Shown one piece after another: positions 1-13,252 of a stretch of DNA of 64,000 nucleotides. The notes beneath the pieces were generated by a model that had not been told where the DNA came from, did no database searches, and saw only the letters and a program-made list of their open reading frames with translations. Positions within the stretch are counted from its first letter, which is position 1; every line of letters starts with the position of its first letter. The stretch covers positions 1,304,001 to 1,368,000 of the forward strand of contig CM075999.1 in NCBI GenBank assembly GCA_038087875.1, read 5' to 3'. This stretch comes from Malacoraja senta. Its lineage: Eukaryota. Position numbers and translations under genes: made by a program.

Positions 1-689
1 TTCAGTTATCATAATTTTTAAGAAAGTTATGGGCTTTTAACTGTCCTCGATCACAGCTTTTGTGTTAAGTCAATGGAAAAGCAATAGGGAACTAGATGCT
101 AATTTCTGAGTATGATAATGGCCATAACTTTTTTAATACTGAAGATATGAAAGTGAATTAAGTGTCAAATTAAACTTCTTTTTATGCTTTATCTGATGGG
201 ATAAATTGCAGACTTTATTTTTAAAATCTCAAAATTTTGTAACATTGCTACACCTTGGGCATCCTGACAGAATCGACAAATGTCTTCATTATATTTTCTT
301 CTCCTGCCATCATCATCATTTAGATTTCCCCAGAGTCAGACCCTCCATATTTTCGCTCCTAATTTTTGGCACTTGATCTGCAAAAGCACCTGTTGCTCCA
401 GGTTTATGTTAATCCCCGAGACTCATTCACAACAGCCCAGTTTTATGAGTTGAATGTTCCTGGAATAAAAATCTATGCTTCAGGTCACACCTGTGAGTAA
501 TGCCATAAGGGGCATCCAATATTGTCCTCCAATTTATGTTTAATTGTCTTTGAACATTTCCATTGAGTTGCCCAACGCAGCAGGAGACTATTTTGCCCAT
601 CTGGACATTTATAATTGGTCCTGCACCCTTCTTCTTTATTTCCCTCATTTTCACCCCTTCAAGTATTTATCCTATCCCTTTTCTCAAGG

Positions 690-996
690 TTTAGTTTCGT
701 TTTGAGGCACAGCGCAGAAACAGGCCCTACGGTCCACCGAGTCTGCGCCGACCAGCGATCCCCGCACACTAACCCTATCCTACACACACTAGGGACAATT
801 TACAATTTTACTGAAGCCAATGAACCTACAAACCTGTACGTCTTTGGAGTGTGGGAGGAAACCGGAGGCGCCGGAGAAAACACACGCAGGTCAAGGGGAG
901 AATGTACAAACTCCATACAGACAGCACCCAAGGTCGGTATTGAACCCGGGTCTCTGGCGCTGTCAGGCAGCAACTCTAACTCTGCCCCGCCGTGCC
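690..996 (-). mobile_element. HE1-like V-SINE
   Basis: tRNA-like head, V-domain (TTTTCTCCGG.GC.TCCGGTTTCCTCCCACA), CR1/HER1-like tail and TAAAC-type end. Confidence 0.85.
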
Positions 997-1606
997 TCGG
1001 TTGTTGGTGAATTTGTTTCCATTACCCTTTATGGCAGTGCCTTTTACATCACAACTACACAAAACACTTCCCATACATTCCCATTTCCCTTTTTGGCAAT
1101 TATCTTATATTTATATGTTGCCATTATGGATCATCTGAAAACAGTTTTCATCTTTTTCATTCTCTCAAAATCCATCATGGTTTTGAATATCTCCATCATA
1201 TTTCACTACCTCCCAATTTTTTTGGTCCATGGAGCTAAAACCCCAACTCTGGTAACATTCCAGTCAACTCGCCTAGATCCAGTTCCAACCCCACCACACC
1301 TTCTCCTGAAGATTGCTTAAAATTGTTCTCAATGCTCCAGCTGAGACTGAGACCTAGATTTAAAAAATATGTATTTCCTATAATAACCTGAAATTTTTCA
1401 AAGCAATGTTTGAAAGCGCAGGTATAAAATATTTAGGGGCCAATCTTTCCACCTTCACTGCGTTTACCCACAGGCACAGAAATCCTCAATACTCCAACAA
1501 GGGGCTAAATGAATATACATTACTTTGCACTTTCCTGAAACTCCCTACTGCATCCTCGTATTGTAAAGAAACAAAAAGAAAATCATTAATTTTGTAGCAA
1601 AAGAAA

Positions 1607-4600
1607 AGCAAAATCTAAAACAAGTGAATTAATAAACTCATACATTAACTCTACTAATATCAAAGATGTTTGGAGAATTGAAAACCCATCTGGAAGGGAA
1701 TATTCATTCTATTCACCGGTACATAAAACTTACTCAAGAATAGATTACTTTTTAGTAAACTCTAAGCTTATCCCATTTACTTATAACTCAAAATATCATA
1801 ATATTATAATTTCGGACCATGCACCTCTAACATTTATGATCAAACTAAGTGGAATGACTGAGAAGCAGACACAATGGAGATTTAATCCTCAGATTTTAAA
1901 TGATAAAGCATGTTGTGAATATCTTATCACACAGATAAATATGTTTTTTGAGACTCATGATTGCCCTGAAATATCTCCCTCCCTTTTTTGGGAAACATTT
2001 AAAGCATTTATACGAGGAGCGTTAATCTCTGCGCAAGCCTTTCGTAATAAAGAGAACCGGGCCAAACAACAGGAATTGGAAGAGGAGATAAGGCAATTAG
2101 ATATGGAAAATGCAATCACGCCCTCTACGATATTACATAATAAAATTGCAGCACTTAAATATAAGTTAAATCAACTATATTCAGATCAAATCATAAAACT
2201 TTATCAAAATACTAAACAACTATACTTTGAGTTCGGTGATAAACCACAAAAATTACTAGCACGTCAGCTCCGGAAACAGGAAGGGGGAAAAACAATTTAT
2301 AAAATTAAATCTGATACGGGAGAAATGCTAACATTACCCAAGGATATTAATGATAGATTTTCTCAATACCATCAAATACTTTATTCATCCAAAACGATAG
2401 TGGGCTCTGCAGGAATGGAATCATTTTTACAGAAATGTAATCTTACAGGTTTAGATCTGAAAGAGAGGGAATTATTAGGGGCCGAAATATCAGTAAAAGA
2501 TATTGAAGAATCTATCAGATCTTTAAAAAATGGAAAGGCCGTTGGCCCAGATGATTTAAATAGCTAATTTTATATAAAATGTCATGACCTGATCTCCACA
2601 CACTTAAAGACACTATATACTCATGCCTTCATGCAACAGAAACTACCAGAAACTTTAAACGAATCAACAATAATACTTATACCCAAAATGGATAAGGACC
2701 TTGAAGATCCAGGTTCATATAGAGCAATCGCTCTCTTAAACACCGATCAGAAAATATTAACTAAAATTTTAGCCCATAGATTAAGTTTAGTGATTCATAA
2801 ATTAATACACCCTGACCACTGGCTTTATTCCAAAACGCTACTCATATTTAATTTGAGATGATTATTTAATATTATATACTCAAACAGAATAGCTAATGTA
2901 GATTTAGCAGTCATCTCGTTAGATGCTGAGAAAGCATTCGATCAAGTGGAATGGCCCTATTTATTTTCGGTGATGGAAAAATTTCAATTGGGTGAGAAGT
3001 TTTGCACATGGGTTAAGCTTTTATACACTAACCCAACAGCTAGAATAATGACAAATCAAATGCTATCAACAAAATTTGATTTACCTAAAGGTTGCAGACA
3101 AGGATGCCCGTTATCACCGTTATTATTTGCCCTTGCTATCGAACCACTAGCAGAAAGAGTTAGAGCACACCCAGAAATATATGGGTATAATACTAAAAAT
3201 ATAGTTAATAAAATCTCTCTATACGCAGACGATGTATTATTATATATTACAAACCCAGAAATCAGCATTCCAAACGTGTTAAATCTTATAAGTCAATTTG
3301 GTTTATTTTCAGGATATAGAATTAATTGGAACAAAAGTGAGATTATGCCAATAACGGAATCTAATTCATTTATATTGCAACATTCACCTTTTAGAATAGT
3401 TAATGAAAAATGTAAATATCTTGGAATTTATGTGACAAAGAAATATAACTCTCTATTTAAATCAAATTTCATGCCTTTACTTAATAAATTGCATAGGAAT
3501 ATTCAATACTGGAAAACACTTCTCATTTCAATGCTCGGTAGAATTAATGCTATAAAAATGATTTTCCTTCCGCAATTGCTATACCTCTTTCAATCAATCC
3601 CGATATATCTCCCATAAAATTTCTTTAAAAAAGTCGATTCTATTGTGACAAGTTTTATTTGGGATTATAAGAATCACAGAATAAGCAAAAAACACCTATG
3701 TAAACCCAAGACCAAAGGATGATTAGTTTTACCAAACTTTTTATTTTATTTTTGGGCAGTCAACGTCAAAAACATGAATTTTTGGTTGGAAGATATGGAT
3801 CAACAACCAGACTGGTTAAAGATGGAAAAGGAAGATTGTTTACCTTTTGAAATTGGTCCGATCCTGTTAGCTCCTACAAAACTGAATTTAAAAATCTATA
3901 ATGAAAACCTTATAATATATAGTGGAATTTGAATTTGGAAACAATTAAAAAAGACATTAAAATTGGATAATTTATCATTTTCTCTCCCCATTGCAAATAA
4001 TCCTTCATTTAAACCCTCAGTGTTGGATAAAGGTTTTGTACAATGGAAAAATCATAGAATTAAAAAGATGGGACATCTTTATAGAAACGGTATTTTTCTT
4101 TCGTTTCAGGAACTACAACTGAATTATGGATTACATTCAAATAATTTTTTTAGATACTTACAACTTAAAGATTATGTTAAATCACATACACAAGAATACA
4201 GAACTAGAGAACCAGAGATTCTAGATGAATGTTTGAATAAACACCCTAATACAGATAAATTAATATCTTATATTTATAATATTCTTTTAGACAGTGAGAC
4301 TCTGTCGACGGCATGGGAAAAGGAATTAGCCCAACCTATAACGAAAGATATTTGGGATGAAAGTTTACAACATATACATCAATGTTCATTAAATACCAGA
4401 CACTCTTTAATACAATTTAAAGTACTACATAGATTGCATTATTAAAAAACAAAATTAAATAAAATCTTTTCTAATATCTCCCCTATTTGTGATAAATGCC
4501 AACACTCATCGGCTAATTTAACCCATACTTTTGTAAATTGTATAAAAATTAAAAATTATTGGGTGGATATTTTTTAAATAATCTCTGTAGTTGTTAATAT

Positions 4601-5226
4601 TCAACTGGATCCCGATCCTAAATTAATAATATTGGGCATGTCAGAGCAATACCTAAAACTTACAACAAACCAAAGAAATTTCCTTGACTACAGCATAATA
4701 ATTGGGAAAAAATTAATATTAAAATTTTGGAAAAATCCTGCAACCCCCACAATTAAGATGTGGATTATGGAGATGTCAGAGACCTTATGTTTGGAAAAAA
4801 TTAAATATGTCTTAATTGACAAACCAGAATTATTTACTAAAATATGGTCTCCATTTATAGATTATCTGAAGGGGTAGACTGGGCCAGCACGGAGGCCTGA
4901 CTGAAACCTGAACCCAGGACTGGATGAATAGGTACGTTTTCTGACCTACGGACCTTTTTCCTAAGTTGTATTATTGATAGTTAACCTTACTTTTTTAATT
5001 TCTTCTTTTTATTTCATTATTTCTTTATTTTCTTTATTTTTATTATTTATAAATATAAATAAATAATTAGAGGCAACGTTAATATGTAACCGATAAAGGA
5101 GGACCCCAGCTGCTTTGGTAACTGGGTACCCGGAACCCTGGATATTTAATATGTAATCGTTATACAAAGTTTGTAATGGGTTGGACTATGATATGCAGAT
5201 ATGCAAATATAAAAAAATTAAAAAAA
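1607..5226 (+). mobile_element. 5'-truncated L1-clade LINE (disrupted ORF2: APE endonuclease C-terminal part, RT, CCHC knuckle)
   Basis: YSRIDYF..ISDH endonuclease motifs (about 1730-1820), GCRQGCPLSPLLF and YADD RT motifs, C-X2-C-X8-H-X4-C from 4488, and an A-rich tail. TSD TTGTAGCAAAAGAAA at 1592-1606 and 5227-5241. Several stops and frameshifts split ORF2. Confidence 0.95.
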
Positions 5227-5617
5227 TTGTAGCAAAAGAAAGCAGTGGGAACTAGGAGTCTGAAATCTAAAAATATTCAAAACACTAACTAACCCGCTGC
5301 ATATTTCAACATTTTGTGAAAATGGTAAGACATTACATTTCAAAATAATATTTCCAGGTAAAATCTGTGCTTCTGCTTTATGTGTCAAGTATTGCACACG
5401 TGTGAACTCCGCTAAACCTTGCTCAATGCCGCTCTCAGTTTAGTTTCAGTTTTAGAGACACAGCATGGAAAAAGGCCCTTTGGCCCACCCACACTGACCA
5501 GTGATCTCCGCACATAGGGGCGGAAATCGCGATCAAAACATGGGGGGGGGGGGGGGGGGGCACGTGATTTTTTGGTCCCCGCACGTGCGTGCATACACAC
5601 ACACACACACACATGTA

Positions 5618-5648
<31 letters not shown>

Positions 5649-6824
5649 GCGCAGAGGCTTCGGCCGTGGGCCCTGTGGCCGTAACATCAGGAGCTGACCT
5701 GGTTGGTGACCGACTCCGAACTCCAGCAACAGCAGCTTCGTCCGCCCCGAATTATGGGGTTTCAATCAGCCCGTTCGCGGGGCCTTTCATCGCCCAGTGC
5801 GGCTTAAAACCGGCCGCGGGATCTTCCATCGCCCGGCGAGGGCTTCAATATCGGGAGCCTCGATCACCTCAACGCAGCAATTTGACCGCGGGGCAGTGGA
5901 AGATCACGGGGCCGATTTTAAGCCACGCAGGGCCAGGCGATGAAAGGCCCCGCGATCGGGCCAATTCCAGTCCACTCCATGATCTTTGCTCCACCAGGAC
6001 GTCTCCCTCCTCCAATCACCGCGCTCTATGCTCAGTCCCACCCCCCTACTTCCGCCTCTGACCGACACCTCCCTGCTCCAATCATCACGCTGAATCATCA
6101 ATAAACCAGCATCTGCAGTTCCTTGCAACACTAGTCTTGAATGAGCTCCAATCCTCTTCTAAAGCAATAATTTAAAAAAGGCACAGAGTGCTGGAGTAAC
6201 TCAGCGGGTCAGGCAGCATCTCTGAAGAACATGGATAGGTGATGTTTTGGGTCGATACCGTTCTACAGACACTTCTTCTTGAGACTGAAGAAAGGTCCCA
6301 ACCCGAAACGGCACCTATCTGTGCTCTCCAGGGATGCTGCCTGACCCGCTGAGTTACTCCAGCACTTTGTGTCTTTTCTTGGCTGTTAACGTTTAGTGAG
6401 TCTAAGAGCCAGTTTTTAATGGGTAGAAAGGAACCAATTTGAAGAAGGGTCCCGACCCGAAAGGGTCCTCACCAATCTTTGTTCTCCGAAGATGCTGTCT
6501 GACCCGCTGAGTTACTCCGGCATTTTGTGTCCATCTTCAGTACAAACTTCATATAGACTGCACCCGCGGTCAGGATCGAACCTGGGTCTCTGGTGCTGTA
6601 TGGCAGCAACTCCAGCACTGCGCCACTAGGTATTTATCGCTTACTCCACAACCACCCAGGCAAATTGGCTCTTAGTCAACCATTGAGCTTTGATTGAACA
6701 ATACACTTTAGGTAAGAGCAGTTGGACAAATGTTTGCATCTACCCTTCTTGGAGAGATGGGTCACAAGACTCCAAGCTTTCATTTAAGTTGCATAATGTT
6801 CTTTTGGTTTTCTAAGATTGTTTA

Positions 6825-7180
6825 GGACTTGGACACGCCAGAGGCAGGAAACATGTTCCCGATGTTGGGGGAGTCCAGAACCAGAGGCCACAGTTTAAGA
6901 ATAAGGAGTAAGCCATTTAGAACGGAGACGAGGAAACACTTTTTCTCACAGAGAGTGGTGAGTCTGTGGAATTCTCTGCCTCAGACGGCGGTGGAGGCAG
7001 GTTCTCTGGATGCTTTCAAGAGAGAGGGCTCTTAAAAATAGCGGAGTCAGGGGATATGGGGAGAAGGCAGGAATGGGGTACTGATTGGGGATGATCAGCC
7101 ATGATCACATTGAATGGCGGTTCTGGCTCGAAGGGCCAAATGGCCTACTCCTGCACCTATTGTCTATTGTCTATTGTCTA
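6825..7180 (+). mobile_element. CR1/HER1-like LINE 3' end
   Basis: ESRTRGHSLRI..FFSQRVVSLWNSLP C-terminal ORF2 motif; GGCC.AATGGCCTACTCCTGCACCTAT tail with (CTATTGT)n. Confidence 0.9.
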
Positions 7181-8036
7181 TAGTTTTAGTTTGTAGTTTT
7201 AGAGATACAGTGGGAACCAGTCCCTTAGGCCCATCGTGTCCGCGCCAACCAGCGATCCCCATACACTAACATTATCCTATACACTAGGGACAAATTACAA
7301 TTTATTACCAAAGCTGATTAACCTACCAACCTGTACACCTTTGGAGTGGGAGGAAACTGGAACACTATTATCAAACTATTTTCTCTGCCTCAACTCAATA
7401 TAATTAACGCTGTTGGCAATATAATTAGTACTATTAGTGATATAATTAATACTGCAGGTAGTATGATTAATACTAGTGGCTGCACGCCTTCTTTTTGAGC
7501 TCAGCAAGGTTTCCTTTGTTGGACGCAAGGGCTTTAATTCAAAGATCAACGCTTTATAAAATGATCCTTTACTGACTGAGCTGAACTACTGATGCATACA
7601 TTTTCAGTGGAACGTTCAAATTCTAATCTTCCACAGATTCCACTTATTCAAGGTTTCAAGGACAAGGTTTATTGTCTCATGTACCAATTAAGGAACAGTG
7701 AAACTCGATTACCATGCAAGAGTCTCTTATTATTATGGTCAAAAAGTTGCCAATGGAGATATTTCGATTCTCTTGATAAGTCAAAAGCTTGGACATTAGC
7801 CTGACTCATAATGAAAGGTATTGCAAGTCCAACGTTTACAGGAACATTATTCATTATTTAACACCGACCCTTCATTGATGCAACAAATACTTAAAACCAA
7901 AGCTTTGCCTCATTTAAATAAGGCCATGAGAAATAATATGGTATCAACTCCTGCAGTGCTGCGAAGTGTGAAATTATGCACAGAGTCTTCTACCCAGAAG
8001 TTTTTAATCTCTCCGTGTCTCTCACTCTATCAGTAA

Positions 8037-8322
8037 TGGGCCTGTCCCACTTACGCGACTTTTACCCGTCATAGGTCGCTGAAATTTTTCAACATGTTGA
8101 AAATTCAGCGGTGACCAGAAAGACGCTACGACTCTTTGGGTGACTAGGAGACTACTCAAGATCATGCAGGCGACACCCTGGCGACATGTCGTGGGGTGAA
8201 GCCTGTATGGTTGTGAGTAGTCGCCCAAAGAGTCGTACCTTGTTCTGGTCGCCGCTGGATTTTCAGCATGTTGAAAATTTTCAGAGACCTGCTGTGACTA
8301 TTGCGTAAGTGGGACAGGCCCA
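8037..8322. mobile_element. MITE, PIF/Harbinger-like
   Basis: TIR TGGGCCTGTCCCACTTACGC / GCGTAAGTGGGACAGGCCCA; TAA TSD at 8034-8036 and 8323-8325. Confidence 0.85.
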
Positions 8323-8881
8323 TAAGGCATCCATACCCATTGGTTCAGAACACCCCTTCAATTCAGGATACCCCTCCATCAGTACCTTTCAATTTATAAT
8401 CCCATTAACATGGCAAAAGTTCAAGGATACACCACTATGTTTGCGGATGTTCAGCACATTCCCCTTGGAGTGCGGGATTAGAGGGTGGGTGAGATAGGTA
8501 GAAGACGTGGCCACAACATGGGGAAGAGCAGAACCCATGATGATCAGATGCTAGTGAAGAGGAGGAGGTGGGTATGGTGTACGTCCATTGGGATCTTGGA
8601 GATTCTCCAGACACATTTTGTAAAGGTCGTGGAGGATGTAGCCGTGGCAATCACTGTCTGGCATCAAGCACAGAGGGTACGATGCAGTGTCTCAAAAAAC
8701 TCAATCACCTCATTCATCTGAAGGTCAGCAAACACACTCCCAAACGTCTCACCCCATCAACTGCATCAGCAGCCAACAGACTCTTTATTGGGCTCATCCA
8801 CTCACCTCCCAGCAATCGTGATCAAGGAGTACTTGGTCTTGTCCAGTCTAGAGCATCTTCCTGTGACAGCCAATACTCTTA

Positions 8882-9566
8882 TAGCCCTGTCCCACGGTAC
8901 GAGTTCATTTGGACAACAGATGGCGCAATGGGCTAAGTGTTCGGCTGGCAACCGGAAGGTAGCCGGTTCGAATCCCGCTTGGAGTGCATACTGTCGTTGT
9001 GTCCTTGGGCAAGACACTTCACCCACCTTTGCCTGTGGGTGAATGTGTGTGAATGTGTGTGAGTGAATGGTGGTGGTCGGAGGGGCCGTAGGCGCAAATT
9101 AGCAGCCACGCTTCCATCAGTCTGCCCCAGGGCAGCTGTGGCTACAGAAGTAGCTCACCACCACCGAGTGTGACTGAGGAGTGAATGAATAATGTGATGT
9201 AAAGCGCCTTGAGTATTAGAAAGGCGCTATATAAATCCCATCCATTATTATTATTATTATTATTATTCCAAGAGCTCTCCCGAGTTTAAAAAAAAATCAA
9301 ACTCGTGGTAAGCACGGAGAATGAACGTAGCGGGTACGTCGGAGCTCGGGGACGTCTCTTAGCGGCTCGTAACGCTAACGGCAGGTACTCAGGAAGACTC
9401 GCTAATGGCAGGTAAGCTCGGGAAGACTCGTGAAGATTTTTCAACATGTTGATTTCCACGAGAGCCCCGAGTACCGACGACCGGCCATTACCATGAATCT
9501 CCGAGTTCGAATCAGGGCAAACTCGGGAGAGCTCTTGGAATGAACTCGAACCATGGGACAGGGCCA
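8882..9566. mobile_element. MITE, PIF/Harbinger-like, interrupted by a SINE
   Basis: Ends GCCCTGTCCCACGGTACGAGTTCATT / AATGAACTCGAACCATGGGACAGGGC, flanked by TTA/TAA. The interior is homologous to 35490-35808. Confidence 0.85.
8911..9267 (+). mobile_element. tRNA-headed CORE-type SINE with L2-like tail
   Basis: A-box TGGCGCAATGG (8921-8931), B-box GGTTCGAATCC (8965-8975), CORE-like GTGTCCTTGGGCAAGACACT, tail stem AGCGCCTT/AAGGCGCT (9203-9228) and a (TTA)n end. Confidence 0.8.
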
Positions 9567-10037
9567 TAATTCCACTCAGAGTCCACCACACACCACTGTC
9601 ACCTCTTTCATCTGTAGAAAGAAAAAAACATTGCCAACATTTGAGATTGATGACTCTTTGACGGACATAAGAAATGTCGGAAAGCAGGTAATAAGTTGCA
9701 GAGTTCGGGTTGAACACAAGGAATATGAGATAGGATTGTGATCAAGAGAGACCGACTATTACAAAGGTGGCGCAGCGGAAGAGTTGCTGCCTTAACGCAC
9801 CAGAGACTCGATTGTGATCCTGGCTACGGTTGCTGTCTGGACGGAGTTTGTACGTTCTCCCCGTGACCTGCCTGGGTTTTCTCCGGGTGCTCCGGTTTCC
9901 TCCCACACTCCAAAGACGTGCAGGTTGGTGGGTTGTGTGGGAACTGAAGAAGGGTCTTGACCGGGAATATCACCCATCCCTTCTCTCCAGCAAGCAAGCA
10001 AAATAACTGGCCAAACTCAAAATCAATTATCAGTACT

Positions 10038-10466
10038 TCACACCCAGGCAGTTAAAAGGAAAGCCAACCTCATTACACAGGATCCCACCCACCCCCTGCA
10101 CAAGTCCTTCCAACTTCTGCCATCAGGCCACCGATATAAAGTCCCCCTATCTAAGAAAAACATCCACAAAAACTCATTCATACCCATTGCCATAAACAGC
10201 TTAAATAAAAAATGAACAATGGACAAATTAACCCTGACGCACTGTCACTTTACACGTATCCACAACTTTCATCTTGTCTATTTTTACAGTTTTTAATCCT
10301 TATACTTGCTTTTAAGATCTATACACACAGTGTGTGCTCGCAGAAATCTGTGTTGCATGACTGCTTATCAGTACATTGTCCTGTTTGTATGTTGAGCCAC
10401 GCCAAAGAAGATTTTCTGTTACGACAGACAATAAAGTTTTCTGAATCTGAATCTGAATCTGAATCT
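10038..10466 (+). mobile_element. Rex1/Babar- or L2-like LINE 3' end
   Basis: Plus-strand ITQDPTHPLHKSFQLLPSGHRYK..KNSFIPIAINSLN* then a 3' UTR ending in (CTGAAT)n. Confidence 0.75.
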
Positions 10467-11340
10467 GCCTGTCCGGCTGAGTTACTCCAGCATTTTGTGT
10501 CTATCTTAGATTGATTGGCTTGGCAAAATTGGAAATTGTCCTTAGTGTGTGTAGGATAGTGTTAGTGTGCGAGGATCGCTGGTTGGCGCGGACTCGGTGG
10601 GCCGAAAGGCCTGTTTCCGCTTTGTATCCCGAAACTAAATTTAAAAGTGCCAAGTGAGGGAGAGAGAATGATGAAAGCGTGTCAATCGCTCTGTGAGAAT
10701 TTTTTGTTTGAAAATCCAATAATCTTTGTGGTCACTGAATTGAATTAACTGACTTCTTCGCTCCCAACTACTGCAATGAAATGGATTTCAAGGCACTTTG
10801 TTATGAATCCAGTTGGGCTAATTGTTTTGTAAGAAAACCACTATACCACAACTCTGCTGATTATATACAGAATGGGCTTCACTTTAGGGCAGCAGGATAT
10901 GATTTCCACCACAACACAGAATATGCCTAAACCCGACTTCAGTTAAAATCTGCCATTAGAATGAATGTTCTCCATTTTAAAGTAATTCCAGTGGATAAAC
11001 CAGTTCCAATATCAACATCCTCTATTGTAATTTTAATTGATTATACATTTCTACCCTAGTAAAGAATACCCAACTAAATGCGTTTGAACAATAATAATAA
11101 TAATAATAATAATAATATTTTAATGACCACACAGCCAAGCTGGTGGAATTTTTGGGTTGTCAGCAGCGATACAATAATAAAGAACACACAACCACGATAA
11201 AAAAATGTAACACAAACACAAATGAGCCAAAATGAGCTTGCACTATAATAATACAATTTTGAACAATTAAAAATGAGCCAAATGAAAGCTTCATTGAAAC
11301 AATGAGCTAGCCAAAGCTATCGAGCCAGGAATCCCAGAAT

Positions 11341-11750
11341 GAGAGAGAGAGAGAGAGAGAGAGAGATAAACAGTCATTCATCTTCTGTCCAGGCGCTAAC
11401 TGTGCAGTCCAACAGTGATGGCACGTTCTATTTTGCTGCTGAAATTCAGTTCCATTGAAGTCACAGGAACTAGATTCAGAATGTGGAGTCACAGTGACTG
11501 TAACTGAAGAAATGTAGACAAGAGAGAGAGAGAAAACGGGAGAGAGAGGGAAAACGGGATAGAGAAAGAGAAAGTGAGAAAGTGAGAGAGAGAGATAGAG
11601 AGAATGAGAGAGATAAAGAGAGAGAAAGTGAGAATGAGAGAGAGAAAGAGAGAGAGAATGAGAGAGGGAAAGAGAGAGAATGGGAGAGAGAAAGAGAGAG
11701 GAGAGAGGGAGAGAGAGTGAGAAGAGAAACAGAAAGGGAGGCAGAGATAA
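11341..11750. repeat. (GA)n and degenerate GA-rich tract
   Basis: Read directly from the sequence. Confidence 0.95.
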
Positions 11751-12989
11751 CAAAAAAATAATTTGAACAAAACAGGGAAAGGAAAAGACCAGATTAAGAT
11801 CACAAAAGACAACTTAAGCAGGCCATTCAACCTGTCCATATAGCCATTTGCTCTCTATTTCAGCAAATTATTATTTGCAAAAAGCTGCACTGAAGTAAAT
11901 GCACTCCCTACAAACCAATAAATAATGAAGCCAGCTACCGTTTAGATACCTTTCTGTAAGTGTTTCATTTTACAAGCATTTTGTACAGTGAACTCCATCC
12001 ACTCTGTATCTGCATGTGATGAAAGGTTTACTGACTGTCATTGTACCTTTATTCCCAGGCTATCAACTATGAAGCTGCAGAATTCATTTGTTGGGATCAT
12101 GCAGATAAGTGCTCAATTTTAAAAGCCAAAAGCCACGTTGAACTTTACTTTTCCAACCACCCATGATGATAATGCAGCTTAATGGGCCGATCATTTTCCC
12201 AGCCCATTCATTTTGTAAGAATTTGCACTCAGAATGTGAGCATCACTGACAAGGCCAAGATTCATTGCCTTTTTGCTAGTAGATTGAGTGATTCACTAGT
12301 TCACTTCAAAGAGCAATCAAGAATTGGCACTGGATTGGAGTCACACATAGAGTAAAAGGAAGTAAAGACAGGAGATTGCCTTCCCTGTAGTGTATTAGTG
12401 AACCATTTAGGGCTTCATAGCAATCCAGCAGTTTCCTTTCTCTGTTACTGACAGCAGCTCTTGAACTTCAAGATTTAAGTTTTACAGATACGTTTTAGAG
12501 ACACAGCGTGGAAACAGGTCCTTCAGCCCACCGAGTACACGCCATCCACGATCGCCCATACGTCAGTTCAATCCTACACTCTGGGGACAATTTACAGAAG
12601 CCAATTAACCTATAAACATGCACGTCTTTCAGGGATGTGGGAGGAAACCGGAGCACATAGAGAAAGCCCACGCGGTCACAGGGAGAAGGTACAAACTCTG
12701 TATTCCAGTCCTCACTCCCCACCAACACCCCAAACTACTCCTTCTTGAGAAAAGGGCAAACGTGTTCCATTATGGCAACTGCTCTACAACTGCAAGGCAT
12801 AGATATCAAGTCAAAGTATCAAAGTATCCTTTATTGTCATTCAGACCTTCCGGTCTGAACGAAATTTCGTGCCTTGCAGTCATACATATAATAAAAATAA
12901 CAAAAACACACAATAAACACAAATTTAACATCCACCACAGTGAGTTCACCAGGCACCTCCTCACTGTGATGGAAGGCAAAAGTCTTAAA

Positions 12990-13252
12990 CATAGAAACAT
13001 AGAAAATAGGTGCAGGAGTAGGCCATTCGGCCCTTCGAGCCTGCACCGCCATTCAATATGATCATGGCTGATCATCCAACTCAGTATCCTGTACCTGCTT
13101 TCTCTCCATACCCCCTGATCCCTTTAGCCACAAGGGCCACATCTAACTCCCTCTTAAATATAGCCAATGAACTGGCCTCAACTACATTCTGTGGCAGAGA
13201 ATTCCACAGATTCACCACTCTCTGTGTAAAAAATGTTTTTCTCATCTCAGTC
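12990..13252 (-). mobile_element. CR1-like LINE 3' end inserted into another repeat
   Basis: Nearly identical to the reverse complement of 43940-44190; CTTAAA is repeated on both sides. Confidence 0.85.

Noticed and set aside
615..1320. Recurrent ORFs such as INLQTCTSLECGRK.. and ETGPSAHRV..
   Set aside because: Chance translations of dispersed SINE copies, not a gene family.
8435..8880. Possible coding or retroelement remnant between two MITEs
   Set aside because: No recognisable motif in any frame; left unassigned.
8915..8985. tRNA-like sequence with A and B boxes (also the heads of HE1-like copies)
   Set aside because: SINE heads: they continue into SINE bodies and I cannot fold a complete cloverleaf with an acceptor stem.
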